Below, in pieces: positions 38,016-48,550 of a stretch of DNA of 64,000 nucleotides. Origin of the DNA: Longimicrobiales bacterium (lineage in GTDB: Bacteria > Gemmatimonadota > Gemmatimonadetes > Longimicrobiales > Gaopeijiaceae); NCBI GenBank assembly GCA_965197725.1, contig CBDANQ010000061.1, forward strand, positions 160,001 to 224,000. The letters run 5' to 3'. The translations under genes were made by a program, and so were the position numbers. The notes beneath the pieces were generated by a model. It made no database searches. It saw only the letters and a program-made list of their open reading frames with translations, and was not told the DNA's origin. The stretch's first letter is position 1, and each line of letters starts with the position of its first letter.

Positions 38016-39026
38016 CTATTCGGGGCCGTGACGCGCGACGTGTGCGCGCAACTCATCAGGTGAAACGGTCGCCACGCCGGCCTTGCCGACTTCGATAGCG
38101 GCGGCGTGGTTGGCGAGGATCGCGGCTTCCGTGGGGGTGCCACCGGCCGCGAGTACGACCGCCACGACGCCCGTGACGGTGTCCCCCGCACCCGACACAT
38201 CGTACACGCCGCGCGCTGCTGTCGGAATCCTCACCGACGTGCCCTCCGCGGTCTGCAACGCCATGCCGTGTTCACCGAGGGTGAGCAGCAGGTTCTGGCA
38301 GCCGAGTCTCTCGCGCGTGGCCTCCATCCAATCCGTGTCGTCCGCGTGAATGAAGTCCCCGAGCGTGTCGCCGAGCTCCTTGGCGTTGGGCTTGAAGACG
38401 GTCACGCCCCCGTAGTACGAGAAATTGCGTCGCTTGGGATCGACCACCGTGGGCAATCCCAGTCGCACGCCGGCCTCGACCACCGACGAGATGACCGACG
38501 GCGTGAGGACTCCCTTGTTGTAGTCTTGCATGACCAGCACATCGCTGTCCGCGGCGAGCTGCTCGACCTTGTCGCAAAGTGATCGCGCGAGGCTGACGCT
38601 CACGTCGCCGTCGTCCTCCACGTCGAAGCGCACGATCTGCTGGCGGAGCGCCAGGACCCGCGTCTTCTCGGTGGTTGGTCGCTCATCGGTCCTGACGAGG
38701 CCGTCGGTCCGCAGCCCGAGTTGGGAGAGCTTGGCCTCGATTAGCTCGCCAGCCGAATCAACTCCGACACAAGCCACAACGCAGCAGGTGGCGCCCAGGG
38801 CAGCGACGTTGGCCGCTACGTTGCCGGCTCCCCCGACCGCGGCGGTGGTCTCGGCTACACGCACGACAGGCACCGGGGCTTCTGGTGATACGCGGTTTAC
38901 GGGACCGGAGATGTACCGATCGAGCATCAGGTCGCCGACCACGAGCACGCGCCGGCCGGCGGCGGTAGCGAGGACCTCCTCGAGACGCTCTGGGCTCAGC
39001 CGATCCACGGACCGCGCCCCCCTCAA
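38016..39026 (-). CDS. rfaE1: D-glycero-beta-D-manno-heptose-7-phosphate kinase
   Basis: GDLMLDRY, SPEAPVPVV, DYNKG, DVSGAGDT. Confidence 0.92.
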   Translation of the reverse strand: MRGARSVDRLSPERLEEVLATAAGRRVLVVGDLMLDRYISGPVNRVSPEAPVPVVRVAETTAAVGGAGNVAANVAALGATCCVVACVGVDSAGELIEAKLSQLGLRTDGLVRTDERPTTEKTRVLALRQQIVRFDVEDDGDVSVSLARSLCDKVEQLAADSDVLVMQDYNKGVLTPSVISSVVEAGVRLGLPTVVDPKRRNFSYYGGVTVFKPNAKELGDTLGDFIHADDTDWMEATRERLGCQNLLLTLGEHGMALQTAEGTSVRIPTAARGVYDVSGAGDTVTGVVAVVLAAGGTPTEAAILANHAAAIEVGKAGVATVSPDELRAHVARHGPE

Positions 39027-39532
39027 CCTAGAGCGTCCTCCAGAGCCTCTCGGAACTCCGAGTCCGCCTCGCTCAGCGGCCCGTACTGCATCCAGCGCAG
39101 GACACCCTCGCGGTCGATCAGAAACGTCGCGGGAAGCCCCAACACCTGATAGCTATCCATGCCGCGCATCTGCGGATCGAGCAGGACCGTGTAGGTAACG
39201 CCATACTCCTCCATGAACATCTCGACCTGGTCGGCGGCGTTGCCGGTGTCCATGGAGGCGCCGACGATCCGGAACCCTTCCCCCTCGTGCCGCTCGAAGA
39301 GCTCCTGGAGGAAGGGCGTCTCTTGGCGGCAGGGGGCACACCAGGTGGCCCACATGTTCAAGAGCACGACGTTACCCCTGAGCGACTCGAGCGAGACTGT
39401 CTCGCCTTGCATATCCACCGCCTCGTAGCTGGGCGCCGGCGAGCCCGGCCTGGGCGGCTCGGGAGCGTCCGCCTGTGCGCACGCCACGGTCAAGGCCGCC
39501 GGCACCATGGCGGTCATAAGTCTGATATTCAT
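39023..39532 (-). CDS. TlpA-family thiol-disulfide oxidoreductase lipoprotein
   Basis: WATWCAPCRQE, GLPATFLIDR. Confidence 0.9.
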   Translation of the reverse strand: MNIRLMTAMVPAALTVACAQADAPEPPRPGSPAPSYEAVDMQGETVSLESLRGNVVLLNMWATWCAPCRQETPFLQELFERHEGEGFRIVGASMDTGNAADQVEMFMEEYGVTYTVLLDPQMRGMDSYQVLGLPATFLIDREGVLRWMQYGPLSEADSEFREALEDALG

Positions 39533-39735
39533 CGGTCTTCCATGTGCAATCGTGTCACGCGTACCAGCGAGCTCAGTTACACGGCGTCCTCAGACGCGGA
39601 CAGAAACGGCTCGCCGCTGTCACCTCCAGCTGGCGACACCATGGCCTCGAACGACAGTGCCAACGCCGGTGGGCCGGCTTCCTGGCACGCTGCCAGGACC
39701 GTCAGAAAGGCCAGAACAGAAAGCGGGGTCACCAT
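39529..39735 (-). pseudogene. Internally deleted lipoprotein remnant
   Basis: MVTPLSVLAFLTVLAAC...SPAGGDSGEPFLSASEDAV*LS..VRVTRLHMEDR*; lipobox, internal TAA, ATGA overlap with tlpA. Confidence 0.55.
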
Positions 39736-40003
39736 CGCCGCCTAGGTTGTTATGAGTTCGACGCACTACCGCAGGACACGGGAGGCAGGGATCTTGCTTG
39801 CATCCCCATCCTGAAGTCGAGAGAATTTCACTAGGGTTCCCCCCGGCGGTCAATACAGGGGAACCTAGTCGTCGGACCGAGGGGTTACCAATCGTTGGCA
39901 GCGGCCGGTAACGAAACCCCCGAGGCGGGACTCGGTATGTGTGGTTTCGCCGACGGCGACCGTCGTAATGGATGGGTCGGGCGGTGGCAATTCAATTTAG
40001 GCG

Positions 40004-43000
40004 GTGATGAAGATGCAATGCTCGAAGCTCGCGTCGATCTGGCGCCGGACAATGCTGGGCGCGGCGCTCGCCGCGGCGGCGCTCGCATCGATTCCCGAGC
40101 CCGGATCAGCGCAGTACTTCGGTCGCAACAAAGTCCAATTCGACGACTTCGATTTCCACATCCTTCGAACCGATCATTTCGACTTCCACTTCTATCCGGA
40201 AGAGACTGAGGCGGTCCACGACGCGGCCCGCATGGGCGAGCGCTGGTATGAGCGCTTCGCGCGTACGTTCCAGCACGAGTTCGAGCAAACCAAGCCGGTC
40301 ATTCTGTACGCGGACCATCCGGACTTCGAGCAGACGAACACGTTGTCCGGGTTCATCGGCGAAGGCGTCGGTGGTGTGACCGAATCGCTGAAGAATCGGG
40401 TGATCATGCCTCTTGCGGGCTCGTATTCGGATACGGACCACGTGCTCGGACACGAGCTCGTGCACGCGTTCCAGTACAACATCGCCCAATCGAGACGTGG
40501 CGGCGGCCTTCAGGGTCTCGCAGGTCTGCCGCTCTGGCTCATCGAGGGCATGGCCGAATACCTCTCGGTCGGCCGTGACGACCCACTCACCGCGATGTGG
40601 ATTCGCGACGCCATCCGCCGGGATGAGCTGCCGACGATCCAGCAGATGACTCGCGAGCGAAAATTCTTCCCGTACCGGTTCGGCCAGGCTCTGTGGGCCT
40701 ACATCGGTGGAACCTACGGAGACGACGCGGTCATCCAGGTCTATCGGCGTTCGCTGCGCGTCGGGTTCGAGGGTGCGATCCGCCAGGTGTTGGGACTCTC
40801 AACGGACACGCTGTCGGTGCGCTGGAGGGACAAGACCGCCGAAGAGTACCTTCCGATCATGGAGGGGCGAAGCGCGCCGCAGGACCAAGGCACACTGATT
40901 CTCGCACCGAGCACCGGCTCCGGGCGCACCAACATCTCCCCGGCGATCAGCCCGGACGGCCGCTTCGTGGCCTTCCTGTCCGAAAAGGACCTCTTCTCCG
41001 TGGATCTGTTCATGGCGGAGGTGGCGACCGGACGGATCATCCGAAAGCTCTCCAGCGCCAACTCCGATCCCCACATCGAGGCGCTCCGTTACATCGACTC
41101 TTCCGGTACGTGGTCGCCGGACTCCGAGCGCTTCGCGTACGTAGTAACCGCGGGCGGAGACCAGGAGATCGTCATCGTCGGTACGGACAACGGGCAGGTA
41201 GCGCGGAGGATCCCCTTCGACGGGATCGGTGCCGTGAGCAATCCCGCCTGGTCGCCGGACGGCAGGTATCTGGCCTTCTCCGGTTCGGTGGGAGGCATCA
41301 CCGACCTCTACATGTACGACCTGGACTCCGACGAGACCACCAGGCTGACGAACGACAAGTATGCCGACCTCCAGCCCTCGTGGGCGCCGGATGGTCGGAC
41401 GATCGCGTTCACGAGTGACCGCGGAGCGGAGACCAACTTCGAGCGCCTCACGTACAGCAAGTTCCAGCTCGCGACAATCGACGTCGCGACCAACCAGGTT
41501 CGCGTCATCCCGGTCTTCGGCAACGTCAAGCACATCAACCCTCAGTACGGCGCGGACAACGACAAGCTGTACTTCCTGTCCGACCAGGACGGGGTCACCG
41601 ACGTGTATGAGCTCAACTTTCAGAACGGAGACGTCCGCAGGATCACCGACCTCGCCACCGGAGTGAGCGGGCACACCTATCTGTCGCCCGCAATGACGGT
41701 GGCCCGGGACGGAACGGTGGCATACACGGTCTTCGACGAGCTCGAATTCCACATCTACACGAAGCTGATCGACGACGAGGCCCCGTCGGTCGAGATCGTC
41801 ACCAACGCCGAGGATCAGCAGGGCCGCAAGCTCCCGCCGGCCAATCCGGACCGCTTCAGCCGGATCGCGACCTACCTCGTGGACTCGGAGACCGGGTTGC
41901 TGCCCTCCAACACGTGGTCGGACGCGGATACCGAGGAGTACGAGTCCGAGCTGTCATTGGACTTCGTGGGACAGCCCTCCATCGGCGTCGGCACCGACAA
42001 CTTCGGCAACTACATCGGAGGCGGCGCTTCGGCGTTTTTCAGCGACATGCTGGGCGACCACGTGCTCGGTGTCTCGGCGCAGGCCCAGGGCACTTTCAAA
42101 GACATCGGCGCACAAGCGTTCTACGCCGATCTGTCGGACCGGTGGAACTGGGGCGTGGGTGCGGGCCATATTCCGTTGTTGTTCGGCTTTTACGACTTCG
42201 GACAGGACCAACGAGGCGCCTACACGGGGCTGGTCCGCTACCGGATCATCCAGTCTTCGCTGTCCGGCCAGGTTTCCTACCCGTTTTCGTCGACGCAGCG
42301 CTTCGAAATGGCGGCGGGAGTAAGGCGGATCGGCTACGACATCGAAGTGGACAAGTTCTACATGGACGGGTTTGGGCGAGTTTTCGACTTCAGCCGTGAG
42401 GGTCAGGACGAGCTATGCCGGTCCCCCGGTGATCAGTTGTGCTCACCGGAGGCGATCACCATGGCGACAGCATCCGCGGCGCTCGTGGGTGACAACGCAT
42501 TTTTCGGGTTCGTATCCCCGATCCGCGGCGGCCGATATCGCTTCTCAGTGGAGCAGACGGCAGGCACCGTGGGGTTCACGACTGTCACCGGGGACTGGCG
42601 CCGGTACTTCTCCCCAACGAGGAATCTCACGGTCGCGGTTCGCGCGCTACACTTCGGTCGGTACGGTCTCACGCGTGAAGAGAACGCCACGTCGGTAGGG
42701 ACGCTTGGGCAGTTTAGCCGACAGAATGTCCGGATCCAGCCTCTGTTCCTCGGTTACGAGACGTTCATCCGTGGCTACGCGTTCGAGAGCTTCGAGGCGA
42801 CCGAGTGCGGTACGCGGACGGAGGGTTCACCGGCCGGTAGCTCCTGCCCGACGTTCGATCGTTTGTTCGGGCAGCGGCTCGCCGTCGGTAGTTTCGAGCT
42901 CCGAATTCCGTTCATCGGGGTCGAGCAGTTCGGAATCATCAACTTCCCGTTGCTGCCGACCGAGCTCGTGCTCTTCGCCGACGCTGGCTTGGCCTGGGAC

Positions 43001-43186
43001 CCGGACAATCCACCAACGCTCGAGTTCAGTCGCTCTTCGAGCGAGCGTGTGCCGGTCTTCTCGACCGGTATCTCCGCCCGGTTCAACGTGCTCGGTTTCT
43101 TGATTCTCGAGCCGTACTACGTGTATCCTTGGCAGAGGCCGGACAAGGGATGGCACTGGGGCTTCAACATCGCCCCGGGCTGGTAG
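40004..43186 (+). CDS. Omp85/BamA-TamA family protein with N-terminal zinc-peptidase-like and PD40 propeller domains
   Basis: QYFGRNKVQ, HELVH..Q, WLIEGMAEY, SPDG repeats, IRGY barrel motif, aromatic C-terminus. Confidence 0.85.
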   Translation: MMKMQCSKLASIWRRTMLGAALAAAALASIPEPGSAQYFGRNKVQFDDFDFHILRTDHFDFHFYPEETEAVHDAARMGERWYERFARTFQHEFEQTKPVILYADHPDFEQTNTLSGFIGEGVGGVTESLKNRVIMPLAGSYSDTDHVLGHELVHAFQYNIAQSRRGGGLQGLAGLPLWLIEGMAEYLSVGRDDPLTAMWIRDAIRRDELPTIQQMTRERKFFPYRFGQALWAYIGGTYGDDAVIQVYRRSLRVGFEGAIRQVLGLSTDTLSVRWRDKTAEEYLPIMEGRSAPQDQGTLILAPSTGSGRTNISPAISPDGRFVAFLSEKDLFSVDLFMAEVATGRIIRKLSSANSDPHIEALRYIDSSGTWSPDSERFAYVVTAGGDQEIVIVGTDNGQVARRIPFDGIGAVSNPAWSPDGRYLAFSGSVGGITDLYMYDLDSDETTRLTNDKYADLQPSWAPDGRTIAFTSDRGAETNFERLTYSKFQLATIDVATNQVRVIPVFGNVKHINPQYGADNDKLYFLSDQDGVTDVYELNFQNGDVRRITDLATGVSGHTYLSPAMTVARDGTVAYTVFDELEFHIYTKLIDDEAPSVEIVTNAEDQQGRKLPPANPDRFSRIATYLVDSETGLLPSNTWSDADTEEYESELSLDFVGQPSIGVGTDNFGNYIGGGASAFFSDMLGDHVLGVSAQAQGTFKDIGAQAFYADLSDRWNWGVGAGHIPLLFGFYDFGQDQRGAYTGLVRYRIIQSSLSGQVSYPFSSTQRFEMAAGVRRIGYDIEVDKFYMDGFGRVFDFSREGQDELCRSPGDQLCSPEAITMATASAALVGDNAFFGFVSPIRGGRYRFSVEQTAGTVGFTTVTGDWRRYFSPTRNLTVAVRALHFGRYGLTREENATSVGTLGQFSRQNVRIQPLFLGYETFIRGYAFESFEATECGTRTEGSPAGSSCPTFDRLFGQRLAVGSFELRIPFIGVEQFGIINFPLLPTELVLFADAGLAWDPDNPPTLEFSRSSSERVPVFSTGISARFNVLGFLILEPYYVYPWQRPDKGWHWGFNIAPGW

Positions 43187-43213
43187 CGCTACAGGAGGCG
43201 TTCTCGGACGGAT

Positions 43214-43794
43214 TCACGCCGGCTCGACGACGAATTCGTGGATCACCTGTCCCGCCTGATTCACGAACTCGACCGTCGCCTGCTCGGGGCGTACGGTGAG
43301 GCGGCCGTGTCCTGAATCCGGCCAATACTTCCGGTACCCCGTGACCTCACGGCCGACCTTCCATGGAGCTCCGCAGCTACCCGGGAGCGCATAGTGGATG
43401 CCGTCCACGACCTCGTCCAGGAAGACGTGATCGTGCCCGAAGAAGAGGATCTGGACCCCGAACTCGCGCATCATCTCGTGAACCAGGCGCTGTTCACCGA
43501 CCGTAGCCGCTCTCGGCCCGCCTCGACCGTACAGCGTCTCGATGGAAGCACTCTGATCCGCTCCGGCCGAGCTCCACTGTGTTGCCACCCGCGACCTGAT
43601 CTCGAGCCGTGCCGCGGCGTCCACGGGGCCGCTTCGAACGCTCACCAGAATCGACTCGGTAGTCGGCCTGGCGAGAAGAGGAAGGCGTGAGAGCTGCGGG
43701 ACGACTTGGCCGCCGGGTGCGTATCGGGGGAGCCCTAAGGCCGCCGCGCCGGTGAGCCCGCCAAGAACGACCTCCGCGAAAGATCTCCTCCCAC
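43214..43794 (-). pseudogene. Tat-exported metallophosphoesterase remnant
   Basis: SRRSFL Tat motif, frameshift at 43757-43759, ARPTTESI, then jumps to YGRGG..FFGHDH; central motifs missing. Confidence 0.65.
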
Positions 43795-43797
43795 GTC

Positions 43798-45534
43798 TCA
43801 GCCCCTACCTCGGATGTAGCCTTCCTTCTCCAGGTGCAGAACGATACCGTGCGCAGCCTCCTCTGGGCTGACCTCCGTCGTGTCGATCACGACTTCGGCA
43901 TCCTCGGGCGCCTCGTAGGGATCGGATATGCCGGTGAACTCCTTGATGATGCCCGCCCGTGCCTTTGCGTAGAGGCCTTTGCGGTCCCGTTGCTCGCACA
44001 CGTCGAGCGGCGTGGCCACGTGGACCAGAATGAAGCCGCCGCCCGACTGGACCGTCGCGCGCACTTCCTGCCGCACCGCCTCGTAGGGCGCGATCGGCGC
44101 ACATACGGCGATGCCGCCGTTCTTGGTGATCTCGCTCGCCACGAAGCCGATGCGGCGGATGTTGATGTCTCGGTGCTCCTTGGAGAAGCCCAACTCGCTG
44201 GAGAGGTTCTTGCGCACCAGGTCACCATCCAGGAGCGTGACCGGCCGGCCGCCCATTTCCAGCAGCTTGACCATCAACGCGCTGGCGATCGTGCTCTTGC
44301 CTGAACCTGACAGCCCGGTGAAGAAGACGGTGAAGCCCTGTTGGTGCCGCGACGGGGACGACCTACGCAGCTCCGCTTCTACGTCCGGGAACGTGAACCA
44401 GGAGGGCAACTCGATGCCGAGTTGGAGCCGGCGCCGTTGCTCCGTGCCGGAGATGTTGATTGTCTCCACGCCCTCGGGCACCTCATCCACCGGGTAGTAC
44501 GTGTCATGCTCCGGCGCGTACACCATGAGCTTGAACGGCACCATCGCGATGCCGAGCTCCTCCTCGTGCTTCTGGAGCAACTCCTGGGCGTCGTAGGGAC
44601 CGTAAAACGGCGTGTCCTTCGAGTCGCTTCCTGGGCCCGCGTGGTCGCGGCCGACGATCAGGTGCGTGCACCCGTGGTTCCTCCTGATGATCGCGTGCCA
44701 CACGGCCTCCCTCGGCCCTCCCATACGCATCGCCAGAGGAAGGAGCGAGAGCATGGCCGTGTTCTTCGGGTACGTCGGCAGGAGCGCCTGATAGCAGCGC
44801 ACACGCGTGTAGTGGTCCACGTCGCCGGGCTTCGTCATCCCCACCACAGGGTGGATGAGCAGGCTCGCCTCGACCTCTTTGGCGGCGATGAGCGTCAGCT
44901 CCTGGTGCGCCCGGTGCATGGGGTTGCGCGTCTGGAACGCCACGACCTTCCGCCATCCGAGCTTGGTGAAGCGCGCCCGCATCTCGGCGGGCGTCAGGCG
45001 CAGCATCGCGAAGTCGTAATGGACCGGGGGCTGGAGGCCCTCCACGCGCCCGCCCACATAGACCGGGTGGGAATGTTCGAGCACATACGAGGCGCCCGGA
45101 TGCTCCTCGATGGCTGCCCCAGTCGCGCTTCCGAAAATCGCCTCTGCCTCCCGGTGAAGGTCCGGGCTCCAGATGTCCTCAACGTGGATGGCCGCGAGCA
45201 TTATTCCTTCGGGATCCCGCAGCGCGAGCGTGTCCCCCTCTTGGAGCGTCTCCGCCAACTCCTCCGTCACGTCGAGCGTAATCGGAATGGGCCAAAGCGT
45301 GCCGTCCGCGAGACGCATTCGCTCGAGGACCCGGTCGTAGCTCGCGCGGTCCATGAAGCCCACAAGAGGCGAGAAGGCCCCGTTCAGCAGGAGCTCGAGG
45401 TCGCAGATCTGGCGCTCGGTGAGGTCCCAGGACGGCCAATCCCGCGAAGCCTCCTTCAGCTTTTGGGCGCGGGCGTCGGACGCGATGAGGTTGCGCAGCA
45501 CACCACCGTGAGGCGTGATGAGATGATCTGGCAT
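43798..45534 (-). CDS. sat/cysC: Bifunctional sulfate adenylyltransferase / APS kinase
   Basis: FQTRNPMHRAH, GRDHAG, GLSGSGKST, LDGD.VR. Confidence 0.95.
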   Translation of the reverse strand: MPDHLITPHGGVLRNLIASDARAQKLKEASRDWPSWDLTERQICDLELLLNGAFSPLVGFMDRASYDRVLERMRLADGTLWPIPITLDVTEELAETLQEGDTLALRDPEGIMLAAIHVEDIWSPDLHREAEAIFGSATGAAIEEHPGASYVLEHSHPVYVGGRVEGLQPPVHYDFAMLRLTPAEMRARFTKLGWRKVVAFQTRNPMHRAHQELTLIAAKEVEASLLIHPVVGMTKPGDVDHYTRVRCYQALLPTYPKNTAMLSLLPLAMRMGGPREAVWHAIIRRNHGCTHLIVGRDHAGPGSDSKDTPFYGPYDAQELLQKHEEELGIAMVPFKLMVYAPEHDTYYPVDEVPEGVETINISGTEQRRRLQLGIELPSWFTFPDVEAELRRSSPSRHQQGFTVFFTGLSGSGKSTIASALMVKLLEMGGRPVTLLDGDLVRKNLSSELGFSKEHRDINIRRIGFVASEITKNGGIAVCAPIAPYEAVRQEVRATVQSGGGFILVHVATPLDVCEQRDRKGLYAKARAGIIKEFTGISDPYEAPEDAEVVIDTTEVSPEEAAHGIVLHLEKEGYIRGRG

Positions 45535-45677
45535 CGCATGTCGAGGGGTGGGGTGAACGCGGAGGGAAATGGAGCGGGGAAACTAGCGAAAACGCGGAGC
45601 TGGAGGCCAGAGGGTACGCGAAGTCCTTGATGCGAGGGCCGACCCGAGGACTCGCGCTGGAAGGGAACCTCCTCCCT

Positions 45678-45711
45678 CCGGCCGGAGGGGCCGGTCACCC
45701 CCTCCGGCCGG
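45678..45711. terminator. 13-bp perfect GC hairpin
   Basis: CCGGCCGGAGGGG / CCCCTCCGGCCGG. Confidence 0.5.
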
Positions 45712-45725
45712 CGAGCCGAAAGACG

Positions 45726-45870
45726 CTAGCGGGAATCCACGGGGATCATCAGATGCGCGTACGGAGTCTCGGGCCACATCACCCACGGGCCGCCATTGAG
45801 ATGATCGGTTGAGACGCCCTCCAGATCGGACCGGTCGGGAACCAGCATCATCAGGTGCGCGGCGAGGTCG
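45726..45870 (-). pseudogene. C-terminal fragment of a conserved hypothetical protein
   Basis: HLMMLVPD...GGPWVMWPETPYAHLMIP; no plausible N-terminus. Confidence 0.45.
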
Positions 45871-45982
45871 GTCTGGGCTTGGTCTGATCTATGTACGCGT
45901 CGAGGAAATTGAGCCAGGGTCCGTTCACGCACCACGGATCATTGCCCTCCGTGTCCGGACGATCGGGCGAGGACAGCCCACC

Positions 45983-46942
45983 CTAGAAGAGCGAAATATT
46001 GATGTACTTCTTCGGGTTGTCCCGGAAGTCCTGAAGCAGGCTCAAGAACTGTTCGCTCGCGTTGGTGAGGCTCGCGTACAGGGCGTCGTCGTTCACCAAC
46101 ATGCCCAGCGTTCCCTGACCACCGTCGATCTTGTCGAGCACGGACCGGAGCGTCGTGATCGTGCCGTCGAGCGTGGCGCTGGTCTCGTTGAGGGTCAACA
46201 TGACGGAGTCGGCGCGGGCGATCGCCCTGGTTACGTCGGGACCGGCGGCAACGGCCCCCTCGATGCCCTCGGCGGACGCCTGCAACGTCTCGATGAGCGT
46301 ACTCAAGGCCCCGCGCTGTTCGCGCACGATGCCCGACAGATCGGTCAGCAGGCCCTCGAACTCGCTCGCGCTCCCCTGCACCGACCCGATGGCCTCGTCG
46401 CTGAGAAACGACTCCATCTGAGTCAGAACCGTAGCGGCCTGACCGCTCAAGTCGTCCATCGACCCGAGCATGCCCCCTGCTCTTCCACCCACTCCGGGAA
46501 TGGTATCGCCCTCCACGTGGAACGTCGTCTGCAAGGTGGGAACCACTTCGACCGTCCGGCCACCGAACATGCCCGCCGCGCCGAGGCGCGTACTCGAGCC
46601 ATGAGGGACCGCCCATCCCCTCTCGATCTCGAGCGCGATCGTCACGAGACCATCGGCGCCCATCCCGAAGGCATCGATTTGACCAATGTTGACGCCACGC
46701 ATCTGGATCGGGTCGCCGGGCCGCACCCCACCGGCATCATCAACCACGGTGTACAGTATGTGGCGCCCCCGAAGCATCGCGGGAGACGTCAGCATGAACA
46801 GTACCACGACGAACGAGAGCAGGCCGAAGATCACGAAGATGCCCAGCCGGGCCTCGCGACCGCGCGTGACATGAGGTACGTGGTCGGCGAGCTCTTTGTC
46901 GGACGGCGGCCGCCGTCTCGAACCTTGAGGCGCGTCAGTCAT
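45983..46942 (-). CDS. mlaD: MCE/MlaD protein
   Basis: TM, G.PIQMRGVNIGQI MCE domain, helical tail GTLGMLVND..LY. Confidence 0.9.
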   Translation of the reverse strand: MTDAPQGSRRRPPSDKELADHVPHVTRGREARLGIFVIFGLLSFVVVLFMLTSPAMLRGRHILYTVVDDAGGVRPGDPIQMRGVNIGQIDAFGMGADGLVTIALEIERGWAVPHGSSTRLGAAGMFGGRTVEVVPTLQTTFHVEGDTIPGVGGRAGGMLGSMDDLSGQAATVLTQMESFLSDEAIGSVQGSASEFEGLLTDLSGIVREQRGALSTLIETLQASAEGIEGAVAAGPDVTRAIARADSVMLTLNETSATLDGTITTLRSVLDKIDGGQGTLGMLVNDDALYASLTNASEQFLSLLQDFRDNPKKYINISLF

Positions 46943-47708
46943 AAGACTCCGAAACCATGTCGAGCGCGGCCTCGGCGGCCGCGCGGTCCACGAACGCCTG
47001 GACCACCGGGTCTTGGCAAGCCCGGAATTCGTCTGGCGTTCCACAGAAACGAATGGTGCCGCTGTCGAGCATGGCAACCCGGTCACAAATCATTAGTCCG
47101 CCTTCGACGTCGTGAGTCACGAGTAGGGACGTCACTTCGAGTTCCCTAGACAGCCGCTGGATGAGCCGCTCGACCGCCGCTGTGTTGATCGGGTCGAGCC
47201 CTGTCGTGGGTTCGTCCCACAGCAGAACCTCCGGGCGCCCGATGATCGCCCGGGCAATGCCGACACGCTTCTTCATGCCGCCGGAGAGCTCCGAGGGAAT
47301 CTTCGAGAGGATCTCCCGCGGTTCCAAATTCACCAGATCGAGCGCCTCCCAGACCTTTGCCGCCGTCTCTTTGCGCGGCGAGCGCGCAAGTACGTCCTCC
47401 GGAAGTCCCATTCCTACGTTGTCGAAGACGTTGAGCGAGTCGAAAAGGGCCGACTGCTGAAAGACGTAGCCGACTTTCTTGCGAACGAGGTCTACGGCCC
47501 GGCGCCCCCCCCGGAACACCGATACTCCGCAGACCTCGACGTCCCCGATGTCGGGGATGATGAGGCCGATGGTCGCCTTGAGCAGCACGCTCTTGCCGGT
47601 ACCCGAGGGTCCGAAGAGCGCAAACATCTCTCCGGTCTCTACACGCATGTCGACCCCCGTGAGCACCGGCAGGTCGAACCCCTTGTGGATATTTCGATAC
47701 TCGATCAC
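46935..47708 (-). CDS. mlaF: MlaF ABC ATPase
   Basis: GPSGTGKS, LSGGMKKRV, DEPTTGLDP. Confidence 0.92.
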   Translation of the reverse strand: MIEYRNIHKGFDLPVLTGVDMRVETGEMFALFGPSGTGKSVLLKATIGLIIPDIGDVEVCGVSVFRGGRRAVDLVRKKVGYVFQQSALFDSLNVFDNVGMGLPEDVLARSPRKETAAKVWEALDLVNLEPREILSKIPSELSGGMKKRVGIARAIIGRPEVLLWDEPTTGLDPINTAAVERLIQRLSRELEVTSLLVTHDVEGGLMICDRVAMLDSGTIRFCGTPDEFRACQDPVVQAFVDRAAAEAALDMVSESYD

Positions 47709-47734
47709 GTCGCGCGCCTCTTCAGGTTCTGCAC

Positions 47735-48550
47735 TCAGTTCAACATGAGCGGCGGGAAGAGCGCGTCGAGAATCAGAATCGTGAGCGTCATGAACATCAC
47801 GGCCTGCGTGGTCGTGATACCGACGCCCTCCGCCCCACCCTTGGTCTTCAGACCCATGTGAACCGAGATGAGGGGGATAGAGAGCCCGAAAACCACCGCC
47901 TTCGTCAACGAGTAGAGGAGGTCCCAGCTGTGCCAGAAGAGGCGCGCCCCGTAGAAGAACGACTCCGCACCGAGCCCGACGGTCAGATCGGCCGACACGA
48001 GGCCCGCGAGGATCCCGATCAAGTCCGCGATGCCGACGAGCATGGGCAATACGAGCACTCCGGCTATGACCCGGGGCGCGGCGAGAATCGCGACCGGGTC
48101 CCGGCCCAACGATTTGAACGCGTCAATCTGCTCGGAGACGACCATCGTGCCGAGCTCGGCCGTGATGCGAGCGCCGATTCGGCCCACGAGCACGAGAGCG
48201 GTCAGCACAGGACCCATCTCTAGCACGACCGTTTCCACGACCAAGCTGCCCAAGACGTAGCTGGGCATGGCGCTCGTCATCTGATACCCGCCCTGCTGAC
48301 TCGTCACGATACCGGCGAGCGATCCCGTGACGATCACGATGGGTAGAGACTGGATCCCCATGATGTACATCTGATTGAGGATCGAGCGGATGGAGACCTT
48401 GAGCCGCACCGTGACGTGTACGATCTGCCACGAGAGAATGCCCAACCCGCCTGCGTGCTCGAGCGTGAGACGCGTCGTACGCCATACGCCCACGAACCAC
48501 TGGACGATCGGGTTGGGGAGTGGGAGAGCCCCGAGAGATTGGTGGTTCAC
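47735..48550 (-). CDS. mlaE: MlaE permease
   Basis: EMGPVLTAL, AELGTM.VSEQIDA, GAEGVG..TT. Confidence 0.92.
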   Translation of the reverse strand: MNHQSLGALPLPNPIVQWFVGVWRTTRLTLEHAGGLGILSWQIVHVTVRLKVSIRSILNQMYIMGIQSLPIVIVTGSLAGIVTSQQGGYQMTSAMPSYVLGSLVVETVVLEMGPVLTALVLVGRIGARITAELGTMVVSEQIDAFKSLGRDPVAILAAPRVIAGVLVLPMLVGIADLIGILAGLVSADLTVGLGAESFFYGARLFWHSWDLLYSLTKAVVFGLSIPLISVHMGLKTKGGAEGVGITTTQAVMFMTLTILILDALFPPLMLN

